Part shown: one piece after another, positions 27,448-40,469 of the stretch
How positions within the stretch are numbered: position 1 is the first letter of the stretch
Layout of the letters: each line of letters starts with the position of its first letter
Assembly: GCA_951406725.2 (NCBI GenBank)
Contig: OX597818.1
Span: 73,966,001 to 74,030,000 of the forward strand
Length of the DNA stretch: 64,000 bases
Source of the DNA: Octopus vulgaris
Taxonomy: Eukaryota
Reading direction: 5' to 3'
Position numbers and translations under genes: made by a program
The notes under the pieces: model-generated
What the model saw: only the letters and a program-made list of their open reading frames with translations
Told to the model about the DNA's origin: nothing
Databases searched by the model: none

Positions 27448-27490
27448 GTACGCCGAAGACAGGCAAATACCTAGAAACTGCAGTCCGTGC
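27448..27490 (+). ncRNA. Minimal type I hammerhead ribozyme (core variant CCGAAGA)
   Basis: gtacg-CCGAAGA-cAGG-caaata-CCTa-GAAAC-TGCA-GTC-cgtgc. Stem I is gtacg/cgtgc and stem III is the palindrome ACTGCAGT. Confidence 0.7.
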
Positions 27491-27657
27491 GTGTCACTTA
27501 GGATTACGAGTGAGGGATGACCTCCCTTTGCAAATACCATAAGGGCACAGAAAGTGTGCCTAAAGCCAGCTGGAGACGATGATCTCCTGGGGTTAAAAGC
27601 TACAGTAACACCCACCCTTAGTGGTTAGCCATATTGAGATGGCTAGTATACTTTACG

Positions 27658-27690
<33 letters not shown>

Positions 27691-27759
27691 TGTATGTACG
27701 TATACACCTATTTGTTGTTTATACACCTATCTTCGTCATTTGTTTTTCTGTAAATTTCT

Positions 27760-27821
<62 letters not shown>

Positions 27822-27939
27822 CATACATATATATATATAAAAGATATACACACTCTCTCACACATGCACACACACACGCACACACACACACATACACACA
27901 CACACACACACACATATATATATGTATATATTCCTTTCT

Positions 27940-28130
27940 TATTTTATTCTTTTTTCAGTCACTTGACTGCGGCCGCGCTGGAGCACTTCCTCAAGGGATT
28001 CTCAGTCGAAAAATCGACCCAGGACGTATTCTTTGTCAACCAGATACTTATCTATCGGTGTCTTTTTCTTAACTGCTAAGTTGCAGGGAAGTTAACATAC
28101 CAACATTGGTTCTCAATGAAAACACACACA
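27940..28130 (-). mobile_element. SINE 3' fragment
   Basis: cagtcacttgactgcggccgcgctggagcac..atcgaccc..tacttat.tatcggt..gctaagtt. Confidence 0.7.
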
Positions 28131-28999
28131 AGCATACTCATCCATATATATGTACATATCAAAAGGATGTGTTATAACACTATCCCACATATACAAAAAC
28201 TCCTATACCAATAATCCAAAATACATCCATCATCAGGTGCCCCACGGATATCATTATGGTTTCGACACCTGAGCAGTACCATTCAATCCGGTGGTCACAA
28301 CAGCACTAAAATAAGTATTATTTGGGAACAGACATACCAAAGAAACCACAACTTTCATACACATTTGCCTTATGTACAACCGTATCGGTAAATAAATTCA
28401 ATAAGTAAATTACAACCAACTCCTAAATACGTAACTAATCAGCGACCAAACCATTAATTCATGCAAAAATTATAATCCCTACCGTTTTCTATTGTATGAT
28501 ATAAAAGTGCACCACATTCATTCAATCAATCAATTTATAGGCAGGATTAAACACTAACTTTGATCAAATTGCATAGAAATAATAATCCCACCAGTCTTCC
28601 ATAGTTACTGCTATAATAAAAACAGAGTTAAAGCTTTATATAAATATCTCCAAAACAAAACACGATTGAATTTAATTTCACTAATAATATAATAATTGAA
28701 AGTGAAGTACATTATTTATATCATTCAAATGATAATGATATAACATTACATACTCATTAATATATCACCACTACAAGCTATAATATTAAATTACCAGTAT
28801 CTAATAGAAACATTAAATTTTATTAAGTAGCAACTAATAAAAGTACTTGTAATTAACTTTTATTATAAAACCTTGCTATTTTTAAAACTGATTAAAACTG
28901 TTTATAAGATAAGACTACATGTTTTAACACTTACATGTTTTATCAGCCACGCAGTTCCATCACCAAGAATTTAAAAGGACTATTTTAACTATTGATGAT

Positions 29000-30900
29000 G
29001 TAGTGCGTAATTACTTCTTCCTCAATTGTGTCAAACAATAGTGGTTACGTAGTAAGCCAAAAACTCGAATCGTAAACATTTCAAATCCTTATAAATGTTT
29101 GCTAAGTTAAAGACTAGATATTACCCCATATTTACTTGAAATTTCAAGTTTCCCACCTAAACAGCGATTAAAGTTTTAATCTCCTTACCATATTTATATC
29201 CCTGTTTTACTAAATGTCTTAACACTTTATTCTTTCCAAACATTTTTAGCATTATTAATAATAGTACTATATTTAACAATTTGCCCAATGAAAGAAGGAA
29301 TTCAACTATAGCATTAAAGCCACTTGGAAACCATGTGTTTTATTATAAATGCCAGCAAATATTCCATTATTATCCTTAATTACTAGATTGTCATCTAAAT
29401 AATTAATACTTCTTACATTGTTACCATTTCTGGGGACTATAATCTCACTAGGGTATATTTCTATAAGTAAAAATTCGAAGACACCATAATTAGGCATAAA
29501 TATATCATCTATGTATCTGCAGCATCTGTCAAGTTGTTTAAACAAACTCATCTTTTTCCTCGCACATAGGTCTTTAAGAAAAAGGAACTCGCATGAAGAA
29601 AGATTAAGATCCGCCAAAAGGGGGTTAGAAATGCCACTCATTGGAATTCCCCTAAGCTGCTCAAACACCCTACACGCAAACATTACAAACGAAGTATTAA
29701 TAATAAAACTAACCATTTCTTTCATCTTTCTTTGACTTATATTATCATATCCCTTATAACAACAATTAGATAAGAAATCTTTACCATTTTTTAAATATAT
29801 ACATTTATATCCTTTATTAAATATATTCTACACATTTAATTTTCAACTTTGTATATAGTGTCGAAAATTCATACACATACATACTCCTAACATTCTTACA
29901 TTTCATCAGCCTATCCAGAAATTTCTTAGTTGATCTAACACTACAATAATATTTAATTCCTGAACTGTTTTAAATTTTTTCACTATATTTTTTAAAATAT
30001 GTTCTAACAACTTTTAGACCATCATTAATCAATACAGATAGCTGTTTATTTGTGCAATTACTAGCTCCTACTTTTAAAAGTAGTTTAAGAACCAAAAAAA
30101 GTTTAGGGATATTTTTATCCTTTTCTTCCACTTCTAAACCACTCAATATTTCTACTGTGGGTATAAGTCTATTAACTAACTCATTAACGTTTTCTAGTAT
30201 AACTTTGTATGTGTTATTATTTATCCACTCCTAACACTTTACCAACAAACATCATATAATATTTGTTACAAATTACTATAAAATTCCCTGTTCCTTTATC
30301 TGCTGGTACTATTACATAGCTTTTATGTAATTCATCTACATATTCTTTAACTAGTGGTTTATACAGAACTGAATATTTCCCTATCCACTTATCGTATTTC
30401 TTTAAACATTTAACTATCATATAAGTTAATTTGCTAACCCAGCTATTGAACTTCTCCAGTTTAACCGTTCATTTGAGACTTAAATTAACTATGAACTCCT
30501 TCATGGCTTTTAATATAACTTTCTTTAAATTATATCTGCTAATTGTACTTTGTTCTCTTTTTTGTCCCTTTACTCATAATCTCCCTTAGTTCCCTATTTT
30601 TAATAATATCCGAATTTCCTGTATAAACACGCTTCGTTTCTTTATAACAAAATTCCGAATTATCAGTAAATTTCTTTCAAACCTTCAAGACTGATTTTAG
30701 ATAGGAGCTTATTATAATTAGATAAATTATTACATATCTTCTTACCAAGCTTATAACAAATTTTGACATTTATATGTTCTAACATTTCCGGTAAATGTTT
30801 TTTTGATTTATCATTTCTAATTACATTACTTAAATTAACATCATCAATGAAATTACTAACATATGGTATTTTTAACCTATTACAAAACATATCCACTGAC
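29000..30900 (-). mobile_element. Degenerate Penelope-like RT of a second lineage (tentatively Hydra-clade-like)
   Basis: SEFCYK..VYTGNSDIIKNRELREIMSKG, VIVPADKGTGNFIVICNKYY, YEFSTLYTK, FEQLRGIPMSGISNPLLADL, RYIDDIF, IYPSEI, NYLD. Multiple stops and frameshifts. Confidence 0.85.
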
Positions 30901-30916
30901 ATATATATATATATAT

Positions 30917-31350
30917 ATAGAAATATAACAAGAGGCTTCCAAATAGGAAAGCATTGTGCAAGAAAGAGCAGTGGAAAGCTCAAACCACCAATTAAGGATA
31001 AATTCTCGAAAGGAAAGAAAATTAAAAACGTTTACCATCTCAATTATTTCCCAGACAATGGTTTCTAACTATTTCCAGCAAAAGATATTTGCTGAAGGTC
31101 AGTCTTCATCAGTGGGAAGCCTTTGGATTTCAAATGTACACACAGCCAGATCCACATGTAAAACTAACTGCCTGTGTATCCTAACTTTTCATACCACTGC
31201 GCATGGTCTGGGAAATAATTGAGATGGTAAAAGTTTTTAATTTTCATTCCTTTCGAGAATTTATCCTTAATTGGTGGTTTGAGCTTAGCTTTCTACTGCT
31301 CTTTCTAGCACAAGGCTTTCCTATTTGGAAGCCTCTTGTTGTATTTCTAT
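30917..31350. mobile_element. Fold-back element with ~145-bp arms enclosing a hammerhead
   Basis: Arms at 30917-31060 and 31203-31350 are reverse complements (aagaggcttccaaataggaaagc / gctttcctatttggaagcctctt). Confidence 0.9.
31048..31118 (-). ncRNA. Type I hammerhead ribozyme
   Basis: Minus strand: ttccca-CTGATGA-agactga..ttcagcaaa/tttgctgga..tagtta-GAAAC-CATT-GTC-tgggaa. Perfect 6-bp stem I. Confidence 0.85.
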
Positions 31351-31384
31351 GTGAATAATATATAGTCTAATGACTAATTATATA

Positions 31385-31445
31385 CAAGCACTATGACCCG
31401 TCGTTGCTGGGTCTATTGCCAGTGCTTGTTGTTCGTTGCCGGGAC
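31385..31445 (-). mobile_element. Helitron 3'-end fragment
   Basis: agcactatgacccgtcgttgc.gggtc matches the 3' hairpin of the Helitron at 42435-42475. Confidence 0.55.
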
Positions 31446-32275
31446 GTTTTATGGCATATCAAGCATATTTGGTCTTTCATGAAAATCCTGCTCTCTTGTG
31501 AGTTACTTGGTCTAACTCGTTAATTATTCCCTGCAATTCTCAAATCAAAAAAAGCGTGCACGTTTGAAAGCCAAAACACATGATAACGCGTCTTCGCAAA
31601 ATACAAAAATGCGCTGAGTCATACAGACTGTATGCAAAGCGCACGCGCATTCAACAGTCAACGGTAAAATTATCTACGTCCAATCAAAAAACACCTGGCA
31701 GTCTATTGGCTTATCTACCTGTACACACGCACCGCGTACAGATTCCTGTTTTTGCCATTTTGAATGGATATGCCCATAACTTATGGGCATAAGGGGTCAG
31801 TTTATCGAATTTTAAATGACTTTCTGTGGTGACTGGGGAAATGAAAGGATCTTCAGGACCACCCTCAGACAGATTAGAAAGCCCATAGAAAATGCGAACC
31901 TTTTACGTGAAAAACTGTGGATTTTTATAAAGGACACACAGATATTTTGCCTCAATGAAATATAGAGATATTTCCTTGAGGCTGGCCAGATTGGAGCAAT
32001 CTCGAGTATAACCAGCCGAAATTGCAAAAATAATCTGGAACTCGACTGAGGAAAGAAAACTCCGAATGACCCGTCCTTGTTTTCTTTGTATCGTGTATCT
32101 GGATGTTTTGATGTCCTATTTTTATCACTTAACTGTCATGACAATATCCGTTCTTGTCTCATTTTGTATGTTTTTATACATATATATCTGCGTACATACA
32201 CTTTTGTCTCTTATATGTAAGTATATATATATATATATATGTGTGTGTATGTATGTATGTATGTATGTATATATA

Positions 32276-32310
<35 letters not shown>

Positions 32311-32317
32311 GTATATA

Positions 32318-32361
<44 letters not shown>

Positions 32362-32519
32362 ATAAGGTATTTTATATGTAAAGGAAAACATTAGATACTT
32401 TGTTTTAATTTATTTCCTCATTTGTTTTACACGCTAGCTACTCGATAAAATTTTATATAGATTTTATCTTTATATTTTATTTATATACATACATACATAT
32501 ATGTGTGTGTCTGTGTGTG

Positions 32520-33115
32520 TAATCCTACCATATTTACAGCATGACCTTTTTTGATGCATTTCAGCTTCCGATGTGGTTTGTGCTGGTTCATTACGCTTGT
32601 ACCATGATCGTTTTCGAATGATCTTATTGTAGACAATTCATATTTCATCACCAGTGAAGATTCGCTTCAAAAACAGGTCGATTTCATTGCGTTTGAGATG
32701 CCTATCACAAATATTGGTTCGTTGTGCTAGGTGAATCTCTTTCGATGTATGTGGAACTCAAATATCGATCTTCTTAACGAGTCTCCGATATTTCAAGTGA
32801 TTTTCATTTGTTGTGTGTGATACATTTACCCCCTCTGTAATCTCTCACACAGTTATATGACAATCATATTCAATTATGGCTTTGATTCGCTCATCACCAA
32901 CTTCAGTGGGTCGACCTGCACGTTGGTTATCTTTGAGTGGGAATTCTTCAGAACGGAATTTTTAAAACCATTTCTGACATACGCGTTCTGTTATGCAATC
33001 AATATCATAAATTTCACATATCTCTTTCTGAACTTCAGAAGCTTTCTTGCCTTTACGCAAATAAAAAAGATATGGCGAAAGTGTTCGTTTTTGCACACCA
33101 TGTTAAAATTGACAC
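32520..33115 (-). mobile_element. mariner transposase fossil (N-terminal half)
   Basis: LVKKIDI*VPH (WVPH motif), RIFTGDEI*IVY, and an HTH-region SGRP motif. Confidence 0.8.
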
Positions 33116-34695
33116 TGAACTATAAACAAAATTACACGCAATTTACTCGTAAAGTAAGCTAAAATTAACGGCTACCGAATGTCAAAAGGAAAAGAAAAAT
33201 CACATTGGACAAAAGTCATTCAAAAAAATCTTAGCTCTATTTGCGAAAAAAGAAATTACTTTCTTACCAGCACTATATGTATGTCTATATGTATATATGT
33301 GTGTATATATATATATATATTAGCAATCTATCTTCCTTCATCTTCAGACACAAATATACATACATATACGAACATAGTTACATACATACATACATACATA
33401 GACACACACACACATATATATATATATCCTTATATATACATATATATACAGAGAGAGAGAGAGTAAGAAAGAGAGTAAGAGAGAGATATATATAGACGAC
33501 AAGACAAGTGCACATATAAACTCATGCTTACAAACACGCGTTTCGATGCTCACCCATATACTTGAGTATGTGTGTGTGTGTGTGTGTATGTCTGTGTGTG
33601 TATATGCGTGTGTGTGTGTGTGTGTGTGTGTGTATGAGTGTGAATGTGTGTACACGCACATACAGGTACAAAGACTTTGGTAAACCCGAAGCTAGAGTTG
33701 AAGACATACTCTAGATGCCACGCGGTGGGACTGAATCTAGAACAATGTGGCTGGCTGACAAGTTTCTCATCCTTTGTTATCATGATACCTCTATACTCAG
33801 TATGTTCTCTGACGTAATCATCTCGTGTAAGCAGAAATTATATTCCCCTTTTGCCCATAACGTCCATTTTTTTTCCTGATTTCTCCTAACTTTGATTTTA
33901 GTTCTTTCTTAGTTAGGTATTCTAACAGCATTTTCTTCTTGTATACACCTTGTATCCTTCTCCACACGTTCACATATATTCCTCCTCTTTTACCACAACC
34001 CCTATTTCTTTAGTTCATAACTTATATCTTCCTACGTCTTTGTATAGCTAGCTGCCATCCTTGATTGTTTTAAGGGCCTGACCAACAATGGCTCTCCCTT
34101 TGATCATGACCTTAATTTTACTTACTACCTTTCTCGGTTCCATCATTTTGACCTCCTTACTTCCCCCTATATCATAGAGATTCTCGTCCTTCTCCCTGCC
34201 TTTTCTTGTTATTCTACTTTCTCTCTCCCCTCAACATTTAAATCTCTGTCACTACTATATGAATTACTTTTACGAAATTTCTCTTCACGAAAGAAGCCGA
34301 ACTTATGGCACTATCACTGTGTGATTACTTACTGAATGCATACCCAAATTTTTTTGCGTTCCATCTTCAAATTATTAACATTATGATTAGTACGTAAAAC
34401 TGAGCTTCCTCATATAGTTTTCGGGTTATGAAATTATGCATTTTCTTGTTAATATTCCGTATTTTTTATGCTCTATGTGTGTGTGTATACATATATATAT
34501 ATATTCAAAATGGGGCAAAATATTTCACGAAAAATTTATTTGCGAAGATATCATTAACTCTGTTATTATCTTTTGTAGTACTTTCAAAAATGATAATAGC
34601 AGAATCAATAATATAGGCGATTGCAGGCCCAAAACAAAACATTAAATAGCTGAAGGATTAAAATTAATCAAAGGACATACTAAGTATATCTACAT

Positions 34696-35293
34696 GCTGG
34701 AAATAACGGTCAAAACTCTCATTTAAATCGCCAAAATACACTGATGATAACTACAGAAATCAACCGTCCGAAAGTAAACGGGCTAAGACATTCTACCGAA
34801 TTACAATCGGGCTAAGACAATCTCTCAGCGTACATTCCAGTATTTGGTCTCGCGTGGACCGGTTTCTGCACTGGCAAAAATAGCCTCAGCTTCGCCAGCC
34901 CATGTTACCGAGATAGAGACTCCCAAACCGTCGTGTTGAAGTCTGCTAATGATACCTTCGCAAATTAATTATTCGTGAATTATATTTTCTCATGTATTAT
35001 TTGCTTCGTATTCAAATTATTTTCATACTGATGGCTGCCATGAGTTCGGCGCAAAACGAAGCCATTCCAGCGCAACCTTCAACACGCCGGGTTGGGAGTT
35101 TCTGTCATGGTAACGCGTACTGAGGAAGCTGAGGCTACCTTTGCAAGTGCATAAACCTGTCCACATGAGTCTAAATACTTAAATGTACGTTGGGAGTTTG
35201 TCTTAGTCCATTTTCCTTCGGACGGTTGATTTCAGTATTTATCATCATTGTATTTGGCGATTTGAATAAGGGTTTTGAGAGTTACCTCCAACA
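34696..35293. mobile_element. MITE-like fold-back with ~240-bp diverged arms
   Basis: aaatcgccaaa..tgatgataa..gaaatcaaccgtccgaa..ctaagaca..tagcctcagcttc..cccaa..cgtgttgaag is mirrored at 35078-35293. Confidence 0.8.
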
Positions 35294-35354
35294 AGCAGTC
35301 CTACCCAGTTTGTCATTTGATTAATTTTAATCCTTTATCTATATATACATATAC

Positions 35355-35750
35355 TCTTACTCTTACTCTTTACTCTTTTACTTGTTTCAGTCATTTTGAC
35401 TGTGGCCATGCTGGAGCACCGCCATTAGTCGAGCAAATCGACCCCGGGACTTATTCTTTGTAACCCAGTACTTATTCTATCGGTCCCTTTTGCCGAACCG
35501 CTAAATGACGGGGACGTAAATACACCAGAGGGACAAACACAGACACACAAACATATACACACACATACATATATATATACATATATACGACAGGCTTCTT
35601 TCTGATTCCGTCTACCAAATCCACTCACAAGGCTTTGGTTGGCCCCAGGCTGTAGCAGAAGACACTTGCCCAAGATGCCACGCAGTGGGACTGAACCCGG
35701 AACCATGTGGTTGGTTAGCAAGCTACTTACCACACAGCCACTCCTGCGCC
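35355..35750 (-). mobile_element. Full-length tRNA-derived SINE (same family as 22945-23355)
   Basis: Near-identical head and tail, with a small internal deletion. Confidence 0.9.
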
Positions 35751-35752
35751 TA

Positions 35753-35830
<78 letters not shown>

Positions 35831-35846
35831 TAGATAGATAGATAGG

Positions 35847-35914
<68 letters not shown>

Positions 35915-35927
35915 TAAACAGACAGAC

Positions 35928-36008
<81 letters not shown>

Positions 36009-36010
<2 letters not shown>

Positions 36011-36815
36011 GTTTCTTTATTAGTCACACAGGGCTGCACACAGATAGAACAAATTACAAGGTAGAGCTTTTCTTTTGAAGGTTTAAAAAAAAGGGAAGGG
36101 GGGTTTCGATCAAAAGGGATCGTAAAAGGAGAGAAAGAGGACAAAAAAGGGGAGTTAAAAAAAAAGGGGGAGAGGGGAAAAAAATTGATCAATAGGGATC
36201 GTTATCACAGAAATGTCAATATGAAGTGTGAAGGGGAGGACAAGTGTGTTTTACCCGTGGAAAGAAAAGCCTACGGAAAAGACCACGGTAACCTCGGTCA
36301 ATGGAGTCACATGTTATATTTCTTTTTTTTTTTTTTTTTGCGAATAAGCAACTCTCTGTTTTCAATTTCTGGGTTCATAGGATCATGCTCAAGGTGGCTT
36401 CGTCATTCATACGTGCCATTCTTGCTACATTCACCCATCTTTTTTTAAAACATTCGCTAGACAAAACTTGCCTCTCTACTCTCACTTTCCTTTTCAAGTG
36501 GTACTTGAAGAAGTTGATGAGAGATTGACCAGAGAGGAAAGTGTTTGTCTCCAATCCTTTCAGACGCGTCCACCAGATACATTCTTTCGCCATAGCCACA
36601 AGGATGATGAAAATAGCTCATCCTTCCCGTTTGAAGGAAGGAGGCGTGACAATATTGACGATAGACTCAGCTGATAAACCGACTCGTCCCACACGTAACA
36701 GCAGTTGTTCGACATAAGCCCACAGGTCGGAAATTGTTGGACACTGCACGAGTGCGTGCAGAACGGTTTCGTCGCTCTGACCGCATCTTGGGCAGGTCGG
36801 CCCCGTGTTTCTCGA
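36009..36815 (-). mobile_element. 3' end of a Tx1/L1-clade LINE within (GATA)n
   Basis: Minus strand: [28 protein letters not shown] (CCHC knuckle)..[17 protein letters not shown], then a pyrimidine-rich 3' UTR with AATAAA about 10 nt before (TATC)n. Confidence 0.85.
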
Positions 36816-36825
36816 GGTAGGTAGG

Positions 36826-36908
<83 letters not shown>

Positions 36909-36946
36909 GTAGGTAGGTAGGTAGGTAGATAGATAGATAGATAGAC

Positions 36947-37036
<90 letters not shown>

Positions 37037-38799
37037 ATCAAGCAAAAAATGGAAAATATTTGATCAACAACAATTGACTACCATCGATTATTATTTTTTT
37101 ATACAAAACTTTATCCCATCTCACAGTCTTTTCTGTCCCGCAGTGCTGCCAAAGAAACTCCTGAGAGTAATATTCGTCATATTCTATAGCACGTCCGACC
37201 TGGAACATGGAGCTTCATCAGAGTGAAGAGAAATACTTAAAAGGAAAGAAAAGAAAAGAAAAGAAAAAGAGTCTCGATAGGAGGAATGAAGGCTTAATAT
37301 ATTTCAATCATACCATTTTGCAGTGTAACGCTGGCCGATGAGAATATGACTAAACTAGAAAATTAATTGGTGGTTTAATCTTTCTTTAGGGGTAATCGTG
37401 TGTATAAATGATAAAAAGTAAAATAAGTACTTTTGTATAACGGGATATTCCAGCGGGTCTAGCAAAAGAGGGAGTGATAATGCCATAACGTTTAGAAGTA
37501 ATCATAATAGTACTTAAGTTTTCGTATATAGTACTAATTATTATTTATTCAAATAGCATGCCCATAAACTAATTACATATATTTACTTAGTGATATATTG
37601 TAAAGACCAACCACCTATACTCCGTAATGGATTGACCAAAGTTCAGCCATCAGTATAATTTAAAAACAAAGGGCAAGCTATTAAGAACGTTACAGGTGTA
37701 GATGTAAATAAGAAAGTAAATAAAAAGTAAATGTATGGAGAAGTATCATATGTTATAAGTAGTCCAAGGCCACATATGACATTGTAAATAAAACAACCTA
37801 TCGTGTAAACAAGCACCATGCGAAGGAACGAACTACGGTTAAAGGGAGACTACAGTTAATGGAAGGTAACGGCTTGGGAATTGACCTTCCATTATATAAT
37901 TATACTAGTAAATCTATCTTCTGAAATAGCCACCACACTACCCAAGCGGCGATCTTACCAGACAAACATTAATTGTGTAAACATTCCTAATTACATTCAG
38001 CCTAGTGGACCTATGAGAAGGCATAAGTACAAATCCCCAGATTAATGAAATGATTACAATTAGTCACTTGCTAATTAATATTATGGTTACTAATAAGCGT
38101 TCTACTGCAGTTTGTTAAATCATAATTAATATATATCATTATTTTGATTATTATTATATTGTTAATATTACTAACCCTGTCGATATACCAACCCTTGCTT
38201 CGATGCATCTATATGGGGCCTATCATAAAATTACACTTCTATTCATACAAAAATAGCGCCTAATGCAATACAATGTACAAGCAAATACTATCTAAAGAGG
38301 AGTTCAGTTAATATTAAGTTGTTAAATTATGTTATACGGGGTGAGGATGTTCTTAAATGAGAAAATCTAATGAGGTCATCAATAAATAGAAGTAGGCCTA
38401 TATGCTGACTGAAAGATAGGCCCTGAATGAAATTAAACTAGCTAACACTTGGGGTAGAAAGTAAAGTTAAAGTTAGTTGCAAATAAAGCCATTGCTGATA
38501 TGGCAGGTATAGGCTATTTTAGGGAGTGGGTGAGTACTTGTGCCCTCCGTATTCTAAATTAGGTTCATAGTTGAAAGGACTGGTATTATTAAAGGGAATG
38601 AGTAAGTTATACTAAGGAGAGATGGACTAATATGTGGGATGTGGAATTTAAACTCGGTTATGCTGGTATGGGGATATTACACCAGGATTACATATAAGGG
38701 ACCTAGATGTGTAAAACTATTAAAGTAGCTTTAATATGGAAGTTAATATATGCCATCATTTAATATCGAAATTTACTATTTCTGTGGTAAAGTACTCTG

Positions 38800-39670
38800 G
38801 GTGCTATTTGTGGAGATAATGCAAAGGTTCTCTAACGCTATTTAGATTTAGAGACGGTAAAAAACGAATCTAATATCTTTATCTTTAAGCTTCCAAATAT
38901 ATTTACTTAATCCGTTCGAGTTAATCATATTTCTGTTTCTGAAACAATGTTGGTGTGCGGCTAGTCTTCGTTTCATTTCATTTTGGATAGTTCCTATGCA
39001 AATCTTTTTACTAAGACAGTGCACTGGTAAATTACATCTTTTCTTTTATAAATATTTGCCAGGGTGCAATTATCTTTATTTCTACAGTCACATAGGTGGT
39101 GTTGTGGGGGAGAATAACTTGCTAGAGGGTTGGTGATACGCGTATTAAGATTGATAGGGTTAATATGGTTCTGAGAGATATCGTTACTAAATTTGGTGTG
39201 GTTATGGGGGTTATTATTTTTATTGTTGCTATTAGTGCTATTGTTGTTATAGAAAATTCTAGTTTTGTATTATTTAGGGAGTTATGCGTGAGACTATAAC
39301 CTATCTTTATTACTCTACTATTAATAATTTTTGAATACCTGCTACTCTTATCGAAGTAGTTAATTATAATTTTAAATATTCATTTAGCTAAGACAGTTTT
39401 TACTTGCATTGCATAAGGGAGTATAAGCCAATTAATGTCTTTCCTTCTTTCGGTTATCTTGTCGAACGACACAATTTTATTGCTCTTGGAGTGATGCATG
39501 TATTGTATGTGTTTTTTAGTATTAATCTTACTGTCTAATCTTTACCCGTAAATGCCGCTATTACTGATGCTACGACTCGGTTTCTACATATAATGGTTTG
39601 AGTTATTGATGTTGTCATCGACATTAGTGAATATATTGGCATTATTCATGCCTCGCTTAGTTCTCATCAT
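38800..39670 (-). pseudogene. Frameshifted PLE-type GIY-YIG endonuclease ORF
   Basis: RKDINWLILPYAMQVKT..YFDKSSRYSKIINSRVIKIGYS..N, Asn-rich linker, CDCRNKDNCTL..DVIYQCTV..CIGTIQNEMKRRLAAHQHCF..NGLSKYIWKLKDK. Confidence 0.8.
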
Positions 39671-39839
39671 GTTATCATTATTGTTGTTCTACTTAGTTTG
39701 CAATTTCCATTTGTGTCATGTACTATATGTCTCTCTGCATAATTACTTAATTTAGTTACATTTCTATCTTCTGTAATATTGATATTAATACTATCAATAT
39801 TGTCCCTATTCATTGAGTTCCCTATATGGGATATATATG

Positions 39840-39888
<49 letters not shown>

Positions 39889-39920
39889 CTATATACATAT
39901 ATGTATATATATATATATAA

Positions 39921-39963
<43 letters not shown>

Positions 39964-39965
39964 GA

Positions 39966-40355
<390 letters not shown>

Positions 40356-40404
40356 CTTCATACATACATACATACATACATGTATAAATACATACATACA
40401 TACA

Positions 40405-40467
<63 letters not shown>

Positions 40468-40469
<2 letters not shown>

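Noticed and set aside
34738-34775. CTGATGA..GAAA..GTC hammerhead-like string
   Set aside because: No stem I, II or III pairing. It lies within the arm of a MITE-like element.
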